Source: a virus. Taken from it: a stretch of 53,380 nt of DNA. Position 1 is the stretch's first letter. Each line of letters starts with the position of its first letter. Shown one piece after another: positions 17,052 to 24,680 of this stretch. The translations under genes and the position numbers were made by a program. The notes beneath the pieces were generated by a model, which worked only from the letters and a program-made list of their open reading frames with translations, had not been told where the DNA came from and did not search any database. The stretch lies in the IMG/VR virus record IMGVR_UViG_3300045988_159805; one strand, given 5' to 3'.

Positions 17052-17262
17052 AAAGATCTCCGAGATCATCGAAAAATACCCCAGACAAATCCCGGTTGCA
17101 GTTGTGGCAGATCTGTTTGGCTGCCATGCCGACAGCGTTCGCATGGCGTTGGAGCAATCCAGCGTGTTCGGTTTGGGATTCCGGCAGTCCGGCAAACTGA
17201 ACCGTGCTTTTGTAATTCCAACCGGCGTATTCGTTCGGTGGTATTTGGGGGTGTCTGCATGA
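17005..17262 (+). CDS. hypothetical phage protein
   Basis: Trimmed to MKAEEKIQSF with a GGAAGGAG RBS. Confidence 0.45.
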   Translation: MKAEEKIQSFLEQDNEKISEIIEKYPRQIPVAVVADLFGCHADSVRMALEQSSVFGLGFRQSGKLNRAFVIPTGVFVRWYLGVSA

Positions 17263-17450
17263 AGTGGATTGAATTGAACGACGGCGATCTAATAAATTTA
17301 GATGCTGTAGCGGTCATCATCGCCGGTGAAAAATCAAATAGAGTATGCTATGTCGCAGAAAGAGAGACAATAGCCGTAGAAATATTTGCTACGCATGAGC
17401 ATGTGGAATGCCGGATGCAACACCTGAAAGATCTGTTGTTGGAAAAATGA
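17259..17450 (+). CDS. hypothetical phage protein
   Basis: Trimmed to MKWIELNDGD. ATGA overlap with the upstream gene. Confidence 0.45.
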   Translation: MKWIELNDGDLINLDAVAVIIAGEKSNRVCYVAERETIAVEIFATHEHVECRMQHLKDLLLEK

Positions 17451-17525
17451 CACGCTGTCCTGAGCATGACGTAAAACCGCTCTCCACTGCCCCGAATGGG
17501 GCTACCCTCCATTTTTTATCTCCCC

Positions 17526-17752
17526 TATGCGGCGGTACTGGCAGCCGCCGCAAATACAGTGATGCAGTCATATCTGGGGAATGACAACCCCCAGACTGCC
17601 GGTGCAACTCCGGCACACTGCCCCAACATCTCCAATGTCATAGGTACTCCTTTCCGTGCGGCGGTATAGTACACCGCCGCAGATCGGGCGATGCAGTCAT
17701 GATGTGGGAATAATCACCCCACATCTTCCGGTGCAGCTCCGGAATGCCCTGC
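17526..17752 (+). ncRNA. two tandem ~100-nt three-hairpin units in a 480-bp ORF-free gap (structured RNA or origin)
   Basis: Unit A is 17526-17623 and unit B is 17654-17752. Hairpin 1 is GCGGCGG...CCGCCGC in both. Hairpin 2 covaries (TCTGGGG/CCCCAGA versus GATGTGGG/CCCACATC). Hairpin 3 is CCGGTGCA(A/G)CTCCGG. The strand is not established. Confidence 0.4.
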
Positions 17753-17938
17753 CATGCCCAGTTGCCGGCAGTCAGACAACGAACGGAATCCGTTGGCACA
17801 CACGCAACAGCGACCACAGGCGGCTTATTACCTGTAGCTGCACGGTTATATATCGTCCCGTGATTACACGATGGTGCTTCCGGTGCATTGAGCAGATCAG
17901 TGCACTTCCACAAATAAATCAAGGAAGGAGGAAAAGAA

Positions 17939-18175
17939 ATGGCTTTCTATTGTGAACAGGATTTCGTCACCGAAGAATGCCCGCACTGCGGCAAGGAAGT
18001 CACGGTATACTGGGACGAGGAGCAGGACGGACATGTCATGCACTGCCCATTCTGCGGTGAATCCATGCTGCTGTGCAGTATCTGTCCGGAAAGCAGCTGT
18101 GACTGGACAGAGAAACACGGCTGCAAGGTAGAACGAAAGGAGGTATCATCATGTCAAAACGATATTACTGGCTGA
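17939..18175 (+). CDS. small zinc-ribbon protein
   Basis: GGAAGGAGG RBS. CPHCG ... CPFCG ... CSIC motifs. Confidence 0.55.
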   Translation: MAFYCEQDFVTEECPHCGKEVTVYWDEEQDGHVMHCPFCGESMLLCSICPESSCDWTEKHGCKVERKEVSSCQNDITG

Positions 18176-18963
18176 AACTGAAAGAGGACTTCTTTCGAGA
18201 TAAGGTCATGAAGAAAATGCGGAAGATCGCAGGCGGTGACACCTATGTGGTCATCTATCTGAAAATGATGCTCATGTCCATTCAGACAGGCGGCGAACTC
18301 TACTTTGAGGGCATCGAAAACGACTTTGCAGACGAACTGGCACTTGCACTGGACGAAGATGAAGAAAACGTCAGAGTGGCACTTGGTTTCCTGATGCGTT
18401 CCGGAAAGCTGATTGAAAAAAGTAAATCAGTTTACTTTATGCCGGAAGCCAGTGAAGCCATTGGTTCAGAAAGCAGCAGTGCGGAAAGAGTACGGAAATT
18501 CCGTGAAAAACAGAAGCAGGAGCAACTGGAAGCAGAAGTTACTGTTGCAGTGCCCTGTACAGCAGAAACACCTGAACTGTTACAATGTAACACAGGAGAA
18601 ACGCCTTGCAACGTTACAGGTAACGTAGAGAAGAGTAGAGTAGAGAAGATAAGAGTAGATAAGAGGGAGAGTACAGGTGCACAGTCGGACAAGCCGACTG
18701 ACACACACCCTCCCAAAGCAAAACGATTTGTGAAACCGACTTTGGAAGAAATCAGAGCTTACTGTCAGAGCAGGCAGAATGGTGTAGATGCAGAACGCTT
18801 TTACGACTACTACGAATCCAACGGCTGGCGTGTGGGGAAATCTCCCATGAAAGACTGGAAAGCAGCCGTGAGAACGTGGGAGCGGAGTGAGTGGAACCGT
18901 GGAGGTGAAAAGTATGGAAGCAATTCAGAACCTGTTGCAGATCGCTGGGAAACAAAATTCTGA
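18151..18963 (+). CDS. phage replisome organizer-like protein
   Basis: N-terminus YYWLKLKEDFFRDKVMKKMRKIAGGDTYVVIYLKMML is typical of replisome-organizer N-domains. Conserved C-terminus EEIRAYCQSRQNGVDAERFYDYYESNGWRVG. Confidence 0.65.
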   Translation: MSKRYYWLKLKEDFFRDKVMKKMRKIAGGDTYVVIYLKMMLMSIQTGGELYFEGIENDFADELALALDEDEENVRVALGFLMRSGKLIEKSKSVYFMPEASEAIGSESSSAERVRKFREKQKQEQLEAEVTVAVPCTAETPELLQCNTGETPCNVTGNVEKSRVEKIRVDKRESTGAQSDKPTDTHPPKAKRFVKPTLEEIRAYCQSRQNGVDAERFYDYYESNGWRVGKSPMKDWKAAVRTWERSEWNRGGEKYGSNSEPVADRWETKF

Positions 18964-19705
18964 TGCCGGAATCACACCGGAATCCTATGACAAGATGCGG
19001 TGTGACTGGTACAATCAATCACGGGGCAGCCTTACCGGATATGATTGCCCTAAGTGCCGGAACAAGGGCAGCATCGCCTACTTGCAGGACGGCGTAGAAA
19101 TGCACCGTATCTGTGAGTGCATGGCGATCCGGCAGAATCAGTCCAACATCACACAGTCCGGACTGGCAGAAACGATACGCACCAAAACATTTGATGCATA
19201 TCAGTGCAAAGAAGACTGGCAAACTGCACTGAAAGAAAACGTGATGCACTATGCTGAAAAGAACCGTCCGCAATGGCTGTATATCGGCGGACAAAGCGGA
19301 GCAGGCAAAACGCATCTGTGTACAGCTGTCTGTGGTGTCCTGCTCCAGAGAGGACTGCAAGTGCGGTATGAGATGTGGCAGACAATTTTTCGCGATCTAA
19401 GCCAATTTGCTACCAGACAGGAACGTTTTCATCAGCTGACACAGGCACAAGTGCTGTACATAGACGACTTCCTGAAGCCGATCGGCGGCAATGTCAGTGA
19501 TACAAATCCAAAAGAAATCAGCATTGCGTTTGAGCTGCTGAACGAACGGTACACTCGAAACATGGTCACAATTATTTCCAGTGAACGTATCTTCCGTGAC
19601 CTGCTTGCGGCGGACAAGGCGTTGGCAGGACGTATCAAGGAACGCTGCGGCGGATATCTGTTCGCGATAATGAGAAGTGACGAAAAGAATTGGAGATTGA
19701 GGTGA
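18914..19705 (+). CDS. DnaC/IstB-like AAA+ helicase loader
   Basis: Trimmed to MEAIQNLLQ with a GGAGGTG RBS. Walker A GGQSGAGKTH. Walker B VLYIDDF. Confidence 0.75.
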   Translation: MEAIQNLLQIAGKQNSDAGITPESYDKMRCDWYNQSRGSLTGYDCPKCRNKGSIAYLQDGVEMHRICECMAIRQNQSNITQSGLAETIRTKTFDAYQCKEDWQTALKENVMHYAEKNRPQWLYIGGQSGAGKTHLCTAVCGVLLQRGLQVRYEMWQTIFRDLSQFATRQERFHQLTQAQVLYIDDFLKPIGGNVSDTNPKEISIAFELLNERYTRNMVTIISSERIFRDLLAADKALAGRIKERCGGYLFAIMRSDEKNWRLR

Positions 19706-19709
19706 CGGC

Positions 19710-20426
19710 ATGAAAGTATTGATTGCGTGCGAAGAATCCCAGAGGGTATGCACAGAATTTCGGCGGCTTGGACACGAAGCATACAGCTGTGACGTGCAGG
19801 AGTGTTCCGGTGGCCATCCGGAGTGGCATGTTGTAGAAGACGCTCAGCAAATGCTTGAAAATGACATCGTGATTGTTACACTGGATGGCAAAACGCATTT
19901 TATTGACAAGTGGGATTTGATGATAGCACACCCACCGTGTACTTATCTCAGCAAATCTGGCGGAAATCGGTTGCGAATCAACGGAGTGCTACAGCAACAG
20001 CGGTATGAGCAGGGTTGCAAAGCCGCAGAGTTTTTTATGCGTTTTTACCATGCAAATTGCGAAAAAATAGCAATTGAAAATCCGATACCCATGAAGATTT
20101 TCAACTTGCCGAAGTACGATCAGATCATACAGCCCTGCTTTTTTGGCGATCCATGGCTTAAAACAACCTGCCTATGGCTAAAAGGATTGCCAAGGCTTAT
20201 TCCAAGCAATCCTGTTACGCCAACTGGCCGGTGGGTAAACTGCACCGATCACAGAAAAATTAAGAAAAATGACAGCTGGCACAAAAGTGGCGTAAAAAAA
20301 GCAAAGGACAGGGCAAAAACATTTTTGGGAATTGCAAACGCAATGGCAAGCCAGTGGGGCGGCAAAGATGATGCTGTGCGGCAGCTGATCTTTGACATGG
20401 AGCAGGAGAATGACAATGGAATTTGA
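19710..20426 (+). CDS. DNA cytosine-C5 methyltransferase-like phage protein
   Basis: HPPCTYLS (PC motif) followed by IENP (ENV-like motif). No clear FxGxG AdoMet motif was seen, so activity is uncertain. Confidence 0.45.
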   Translation: MKVLIACEESQRVCTEFRRLGHEAYSCDVQECSGGHPEWHVVEDAQQMLENDIVIVTLDGKTHFIDKWDLMIAHPPCTYLSKSGGNRLRINGVLQQQRYEQGCKAAEFFMRFYHANCEKIAIENPIPMKIFNLPKYDQIIQPCFFGDPWLKTTCLWLKGLPRLIPSNPVTPTGRWVNCTDHRKIKKNDSWHKSGVKKAKDRAKTFLGIANAMASQWGGKDDAVRQLIFDMEQENDNGI

Positions 20427-20853
20427 TATCCGATTCGATCCACCACGATCTACAGCCCAGGAAAAGCAATATGCAGTCCGAAATGGCAGAGTCGTTGTCT
20501 ACGAAACGGCGAACGCAAAAGCTGCGAAACAGCTGCTACGGCTGGTACTTGCACCGTATACGCCCAGGAATCCGCTGACTGGAGCTGTTGCACTGTATGT
20601 CACATGGCGATTCCCGTACAAAGGAAAGACGCACGTTGACGGCGAGTATAAGACCACCCGACCGGACACGGACAATCTAAACAAGGCGCTAAAGGATGTC
20701 ATGACCGATCTGGGATACTGGAAAGATGATGCCCTGGTTGCCAGAGAACACATCGAAAAGATCTGGCACAAGGAACATCCTGGAATTTACGTGCGAATTG
20801 TGGACATATCAGAAGCAATGGCATTAAGCCCAAAAGGACAAGAAAGGTGGTAA
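20416..20853 (+). CDS. rusA: RusA-family Holliday junction resolvase
   Basis: RPDTDNLNKALKDVMTDLGYWKDDALV is the RusA catalytic Asp region. The start (20410 or 20416) was chosen by RBS spacing. Confidence 0.7.
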   Translation: MEFDIRFDPPRSTAQEKQYAVRNGRVVVYETANAKAAKQLLRLVLAPYTPRNPLTGAVALYVTWRFPYKGKTHVDGEYKTTRPDTDNLNKALKDVMTDLGYWKDDALVAREHIEKIWHKEHPGIYVRIVDISEAMALSPKGQERW

Positions 20854-20854
20854 C

Positions 20855-21676
20855 ATGGGAAAACTGGTAGAACATCTGATGCGGTGTGCAGTATGCGGTG
20901 CTGTTCCGAAAATATCAGATACTGTGAATATTGACAATGTCCCTAACCCTAAGCATTGTTACAGGCTGTTTTGCAGCAAATGTGGAATCTGGGGAAATCG
21001 ATTCGAGAATAAGTATAGGGCTTGTCTGGACTGGAACAAGCGGCAAATAGAAAACGAGGACGGCGAGAAACCAATAAAGAATCTAGGTGAAAAACTGAGT
21101 CCGTGCCCGTTTTGCGGCAGAAAGATGGTTTTTTACAGGGAAACGCACACGAACAAATACGGAAAGCAAGTTGTACAGCAGTATTATTTGCATGAAGATT
21201 ATGACATTTATCACGAAGAAAACTGCATATTGGACGAAATCAATATGCCCTTTGTCATTGGAGCAGGAGACGCAAACCCAGACGCTGGATATATCGGAGA
21301 ATATGCTGAAAAATGGAACAGACGATGGGATTACAAATGGAGAACCAACTTGAAAATCAAAAGTCCGCTTGCAAATATCTCCGGTTTGTGTTGCGTGCAT
21401 TGTGATCACAAAGATGAATACATCATCGAACTGCAAGAGGAAAATGAGAAGTTAAAGCGGCTGCTGAAAATGGCAGCTGATGAACTCGAAGAAAAAATGA
21501 ATAATCTATGTGAAGTGACAAGCTACTGTTCAACGTATTCGGCTTGTACGCAATGTTTGTATTCCTACGTCTGTGCAGATAAGGAAAATTATGTTGAAGC
21601 TGCACGCTGGATACATATGGACGAAGTTGATAAGCTGCTGAATGCAAAAAATGGTGACCTAGGAGAACAATCATGA
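20855..21676 (+). CDS. protein with two Lar-like zinc-ribbon (restriction-alleviation-type) modules
   Basis: CAVCGAVPK...CSKCGIWG...ACLDWNKRQ and CPFCGRKMVFY...AEKWNRRW. Confidence 0.5.
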   Translation: MGKLVEHLMRCAVCGAVPKISDTVNIDNVPNPKHCYRLFCSKCGIWGNRFENKYRACLDWNKRQIENEDGEKPIKNLGEKLSPCPFCGRKMVFYRETHTNKYGKQVVQQYYLHEDYDIYHEENCILDEINMPFVIGAGDANPDAGYIGEYAEKWNRRWDYKWRTNLKIKSPLANISGLCCVHCDHKDEYIIELQEENEKLKRLLKMAADELEEKMNNLCEVTSYCSTYSACTQCLYSYVCADKENYVEAARWIHMDEVDKLLNAKNGDLGEQS

Positions 21677-21870
21677 CAGCACCATGCAAGAACTGTCCGG
21701 AACGTGAAATCGGCTGTCATAGTATGTGTGACCGATATATCCGGTACGCAAAACAGCGTGAGAAGATACGGGAGAATCGAAAGCAGGAGCAGCTTGCAGA
21801 CCCGACCGTATTTCTCGCAGAATCCGCCAGAAAAGTAAAATGGGATCTGTACAAGAAACGGAGGAAATGA
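21673..21870 (+). CDS. small Cys-rich phage protein
   Basis: CKNCPEREIGCHSMC motif. ATGA overlap with the upstream gene. Confidence 0.45.
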   Translation: MTAPCKNCPEREIGCHSMCDRYIRYAKQREKIRENRKQEQLADPTVFLAESARKVKWDLYKKRRK

Positions 21871-21871
21871 C

Positions 21872-22027
21872 ATGGCGAAAAAGAAACCGCAGAAAGGCAC
21901 ACTGAACTGGTGCATCAAGCAGGCAGCTGCCTATGGTGTAAGCTACGGAAGATACATGGCAGAATATTACGAACGAGATATGCAGAAAGGAGCAGGCAAA
22001 TGCTGCAAGAAGAATTCAAAAGACTGA
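21872..22027 (+). CDS. 51-aa hypothetical protein
   Basis: Not in the ORF track. GGAGGAAA RBS. Translation begins MAKKKPQKGTLNWCIKQAAAYGVSYGRYMAEYYERD. Overlaps the next gene by 28 nt. Confidence 0.3.
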   Translation: MAKKKPQKGTLNWCIKQAAAYGVSYGRYMAEYYERDMQKGAGKCCKKNSKD

Positions 22028-22311
22028 CGGACAAGCCGTTCACAGAAGAAGAATTTGAGAAGATCCATTACGTGTACATTTTTTACCCCGGCATTGTGAC
22101 ACATGCGGACATCGCTCTGATCTGGGCAATCGGCGGAATCCGCCTGATTGAGGACATGCTTCCCACAGCCCGAAAGATCGATGAAGCAGAACAGCGAGTG
22201 CAGGCAGCAAGGACAAGGTATGAAACTGCGAAAGAACACCTGAACGCTGTACTTTCCGGAGAAACCGAAGCATACCCGACCACAACAGAAGAAATCATGG
22301 TGCGGAGGTGA
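22000..22311 (+). CDS. hypothetical phage protein
   Basis: Trimmed to MLQEEFKRLTDKPF with an AAAGGAG RBS. Confidence 0.5.
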   Translation: MLQEEFKRLTDKPFTEEEFEKIHYVYIFYPGIVTHADIALIWAIGGIRLIEDMLPTARKIDEAEQRVQAARTRYETAKEHLNAVLSGETEAYPTTTEEIMVRR

Positions 22312-22318
22312 ATGCGGT

Positions 22319-22468
22319 ATGGGACAGATGACATTGATCCTTGTGCTGCTGATTCCGAGCGGACTGCTGATTGCAAAATATTTGAGCAGAGCAGGCTGGA
22401 ACAAGGCGGCACTTGCTCTGCTTGGGGCGACTGTGATGCTTGGGTTGGCTGCACTGTTGTGGGGGTGA
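22319..22468 (+). CDS. 49-aa two-TM membrane peptide
   Basis: Not in the ORF track. GGAGGTG RBS. Translation MGQMTLILVLLIPSGLLIAKYLSRAGWNKAALALLGATVMLGLAALLWG. Confidence 0.4.
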   Translation: MGQMTLILVLLIPSGLLIAKYLSRAGWNKAALALLGATVMLGLAALLWG

Positions 22469-22469
22469 G

Positions 22470-22760
22470 ATGATGGTAATGTCAAGCCAAATCCGAATGA
22501 GGTGTTCCATATGCGGCAAGCAGTATCAGATTGAGCGTAAGTTGTTTTGCTACTATGCGGCAGACCAGATTTTTTTCTTGCTGCAATTGCGGCATATCTG
22601 GAACAACCACAGGGATTGCATTTCTTGTATGAGAAAGTTTGTCCTGCAATTTATCCGGGAAGTCACACTGTATGCGCTGATTCAAATCTGGGATATTGTA
22701 ACCGGAATTGCATGGTTGCTTTTGACTCCATTTGCGAAACTTCGGGAACTGTTGAGGTGA
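22470..22760 (+). CDS. hypothetical phage protein
   Basis: Trimmed to MMVMSSQIRMRCSICGKQY. Hydrophobic C-terminus. Confidence 0.35.
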   Translation: MMVMSSQIRMRCSICGKQYQIERKLFCYYAADQIFFLLQLRHIWNNHRDCISCMRKFVLQFIREVTLYALIQIWDIVTGIAWLLLTPFAKLRELLR

Positions 22761-22764
22761 GATA

Positions 22765-23148
22765 ATGAGTGAAATTAAATTGAAACTATGCCCATTCTGC
22801 GGCGGAGAAGCAAAACTCAGAAGAATAAACGGCAGGATAGCTTACGTTGAATGCTCAAAATGTTGTACTGAAACAAATCATTTTGAAATGTCTGTAGAAT
22901 ATTGCGCAAACGAGAAAGCCGCTGAAGCGTGGAATCAGCGAACAAACGAACTATCAGAAAGTACAACGCCGATACATGCAAAAAATCTAAGTCTTGCATC
23001 ACCATATGACAGATTTTGTTGTTCCAACTGTGAGATTGAGTTAGAAGATTGGGCAAGAACAAGATACCACCATGACATTGACGATCAAGGGCGCTATGAG
23101 TATGAATTCCGTTACTGCCCGAATTGTGGCGCAAAGATTGAGGAGTGA
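22765..23148 (+). CDS. Lar-family restriction alleviation-like protein
   Basis: LKLCPFCGGEAKLRRINGRIAYVECSKCCTETNHFE...KAAEAWNQR is the classic Lar-family pattern. A second CxxC...CPNCG ribbon lies C-terminally. Confidence 0.65.
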   Translation: MSEIKLKLCPFCGGEAKLRRINGRIAYVECSKCCTETNHFEMSVEYCANEKAAEAWNQRTNELSESTTPIHAKNLSLASPYDRFCCSNCEIELEDWARTRYHHDIDDQGRYEYEFRYCPNCGAKIEE

Positions 23149-23152
23149 AGCT

Positions 23153-23302
23153 ATGACCAAGATCAACGCCACGCAAATACTGCCAATCGCCATGATCCTG
23201 CTAGACGTTGGTGCAGCGGCAGTGTGTCTGTGGCACAGGGACTACAGACGAGTTGTCTACTGGGTTGCGGCAGCGGTTCTGAATGTGACAGTGACATTTT
23301 AA
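23153..23302 (+). CDS. 49-aa membrane peptide
   Basis: GAGGAG RBS. Translation MTKINATQILPIAMILLDVGAAAVCLWHRDYRRVVYWVAAAVLNVTVTF. Confidence 0.4.
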   Translation: MTKINATQILPIAMILLDVGAAAVCLWHRDYRRVVYWVAAAVLNVTVTF

Positions 23303-23321
23303 CGCAATCGAAGGGGGTAAA

Positions 23322-23858
23322 ATGAAAACAGCCATTATAATTATTATCACTGTCTTTACAACGTTATTTTGTGTTTTCTCAGCCACAGCTGACTACTGTG
23401 ATCTAACCCAAGAAGAGTACGAAAAAAGAATGGAAAAAAATTTTTCTCGTGGTTTGGAATTGGGTTATGCACAAGGAAAGCAGGAAGCAATGAAGATTAC
23501 ACCCAAAGAGCAGGCCGGAGGTGAAGCCATGACACAGGAACAGGCAAAGAAAAAAGAATGGCTGCAACGCTGCCTGCACGAAACACAGAAGCTGGAAGCC
23601 ATGACGATGTGTGGCAAGTATACAGAAACAGAATGTTCCCAGACAGAGCAGGTCGTACAGCAGACACAGCAAGAGATCAAGTGTTGCATTGCCGCTCTAA
23701 ACAATCCAGAACTGGAAGCTGTGCTGATTCGGCGGTACATTGTGTTCCAAAGCTGGGAACAGATTGCAGAGGAAATGCACTACTCTGTCCGGACGATACT
23801 ACGCCGCCACACAGACGCTTTGGAAAAGTTGTCACTGAATGGCACTTGCTGTCATTGA
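23322..23858 (+). CDS. late-gene activator-like protein (sigma-70 region-4 / ArpU-RinA type) with N-terminal TM extension
   Basis: C-terminus LEAVLIRRYIVFQSWEQIAEEMHYSVRTILRRHTDALEKL. An in-frame internal start at 23529 with a GGAGGTG RBS would give a 109-aa soluble form. Confidence 0.55.
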   Translation: MKTAIIIIITVFTTLFCVFSATADYCDLTQEEYEKRMEKNFSRGLELGYAQGKQEAMKITPKEQAGGEAMTQEQAKKKEWLQRCLHETQKLEAMTMCGKYTETECSQTEQVVQQTQQEIKCCIAALNNPELEAVLIRRYIVFQSWEQIAEEMHYSVRTILRRHTDALEKLSLNGTCCH

Positions 23859-23944
23859 ATGGCAGTCCTGTTTTGTGTATAATGAGAATAGAAACCAAGA
23901 TACCGGTACGGAAACGTGCCGGTATTTGTGTTAGGAGGATTACA

Positions 23945-24235
23945 ATGCAGGCGTTTGCAGAATCGTTCTACAAGTCCCGTGCATGGCGTGAATGCCGTGA
24001 TGCGTATGCCGCATCAGTAGGCGGACTGTGTGAACCTTGCCTTGCACGAGGGCTGCACACTGCCGGTGTGATCGTACACCACAAGGTGCATCTGACACCG
24101 GACAATATCCATGATCCAGCTGTGTCCTTGTGCTGGGACAACTTGCAGCTGGTCTGTCGTGACTGTCATGCCGCACTGCACGGCGGCAAACGTTGTCGCA
24201 TCAATGCAGACGGCAGCGTTTCGGCTCGCTGGTAG
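23945..24235 (+). CDS. HNH endonuclease (packaging-associated)
   Basis: AGGAGG RBS. VHHKVHL...NLQLVCRDCHAALH. Sits immediately upstream of the terminase genes. Confidence 0.8.
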   Translation: MQAFAESFYKSRAWRECRDAYAASVGGLCEPCLARGLHTAGVIVHHKVHLTPDNIHDPAVSLCWDNLQLVCRDCHAALHGGKRCRINADGSVSARW

Positions 24236-24344
24236 TCCCCCCTATTCTGAAATTTGAGATACCCTCTTGGAGACCGATGGGTGGAGGTCAATTTTCCTCT
24301 CCATGCGTGCGTAAGGGGTGTGTCCGGAAAGGAGATGTCCGAAA

Positions 24345-24680
24345 GTGACCGTAAAGAACCGAATCCGAAAAGAAAACGCAAGACTGCTGAAACTATATGC
24401 TGCCCTGCCTGCCAACAAGTTGGAGATCGTCACGCCGCTGATCCAGAATGCAGCGTTCTTGAAAGTCACGCTGGAAGATCTGCAAACTGAGATCAACAAT
24501 CAAGGCTGTGTGGACACCTACCAGAACGGCAAGGAACAATCCGGCAAGAAAGCCAGTGCGGAAATCTCCGCCTACAACACGTCTCTGAAAAATTACACCA
24601 CGATCATTGAGAAGCTGGACAAGATGCTGCCGCCGGAACAGAAGAAATCCAAGCTGGACGCATTTACAAATGACGAATGA
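24345..24680 (+). CDS. terS: putative terminase small subunit (GTG start)
   Basis: Call rests on position and size. AAAGGAG RBS. Overlaps the TerL start. Confidence 0.55.
   Translation: MTVKNRIRKENARLLKLYAALPANKLEIVTPLIQNAAFLKVTLEDLQTEINNQGCVDTYQNGKEQSGKKASAEISAYNTSLKNYTTIIEKLDKMLPPEQKKSKLDAFTNDE

Noticed and set aside
17389-17955. ORFs 17389-17616(-), 17638-17922(-) and 17656-17955(+)
   Set aside because: They are Arg/Cys/Pro-rich, lack an RBS and are mutually overlapping. The interval is dominated by tandem hairpin units.
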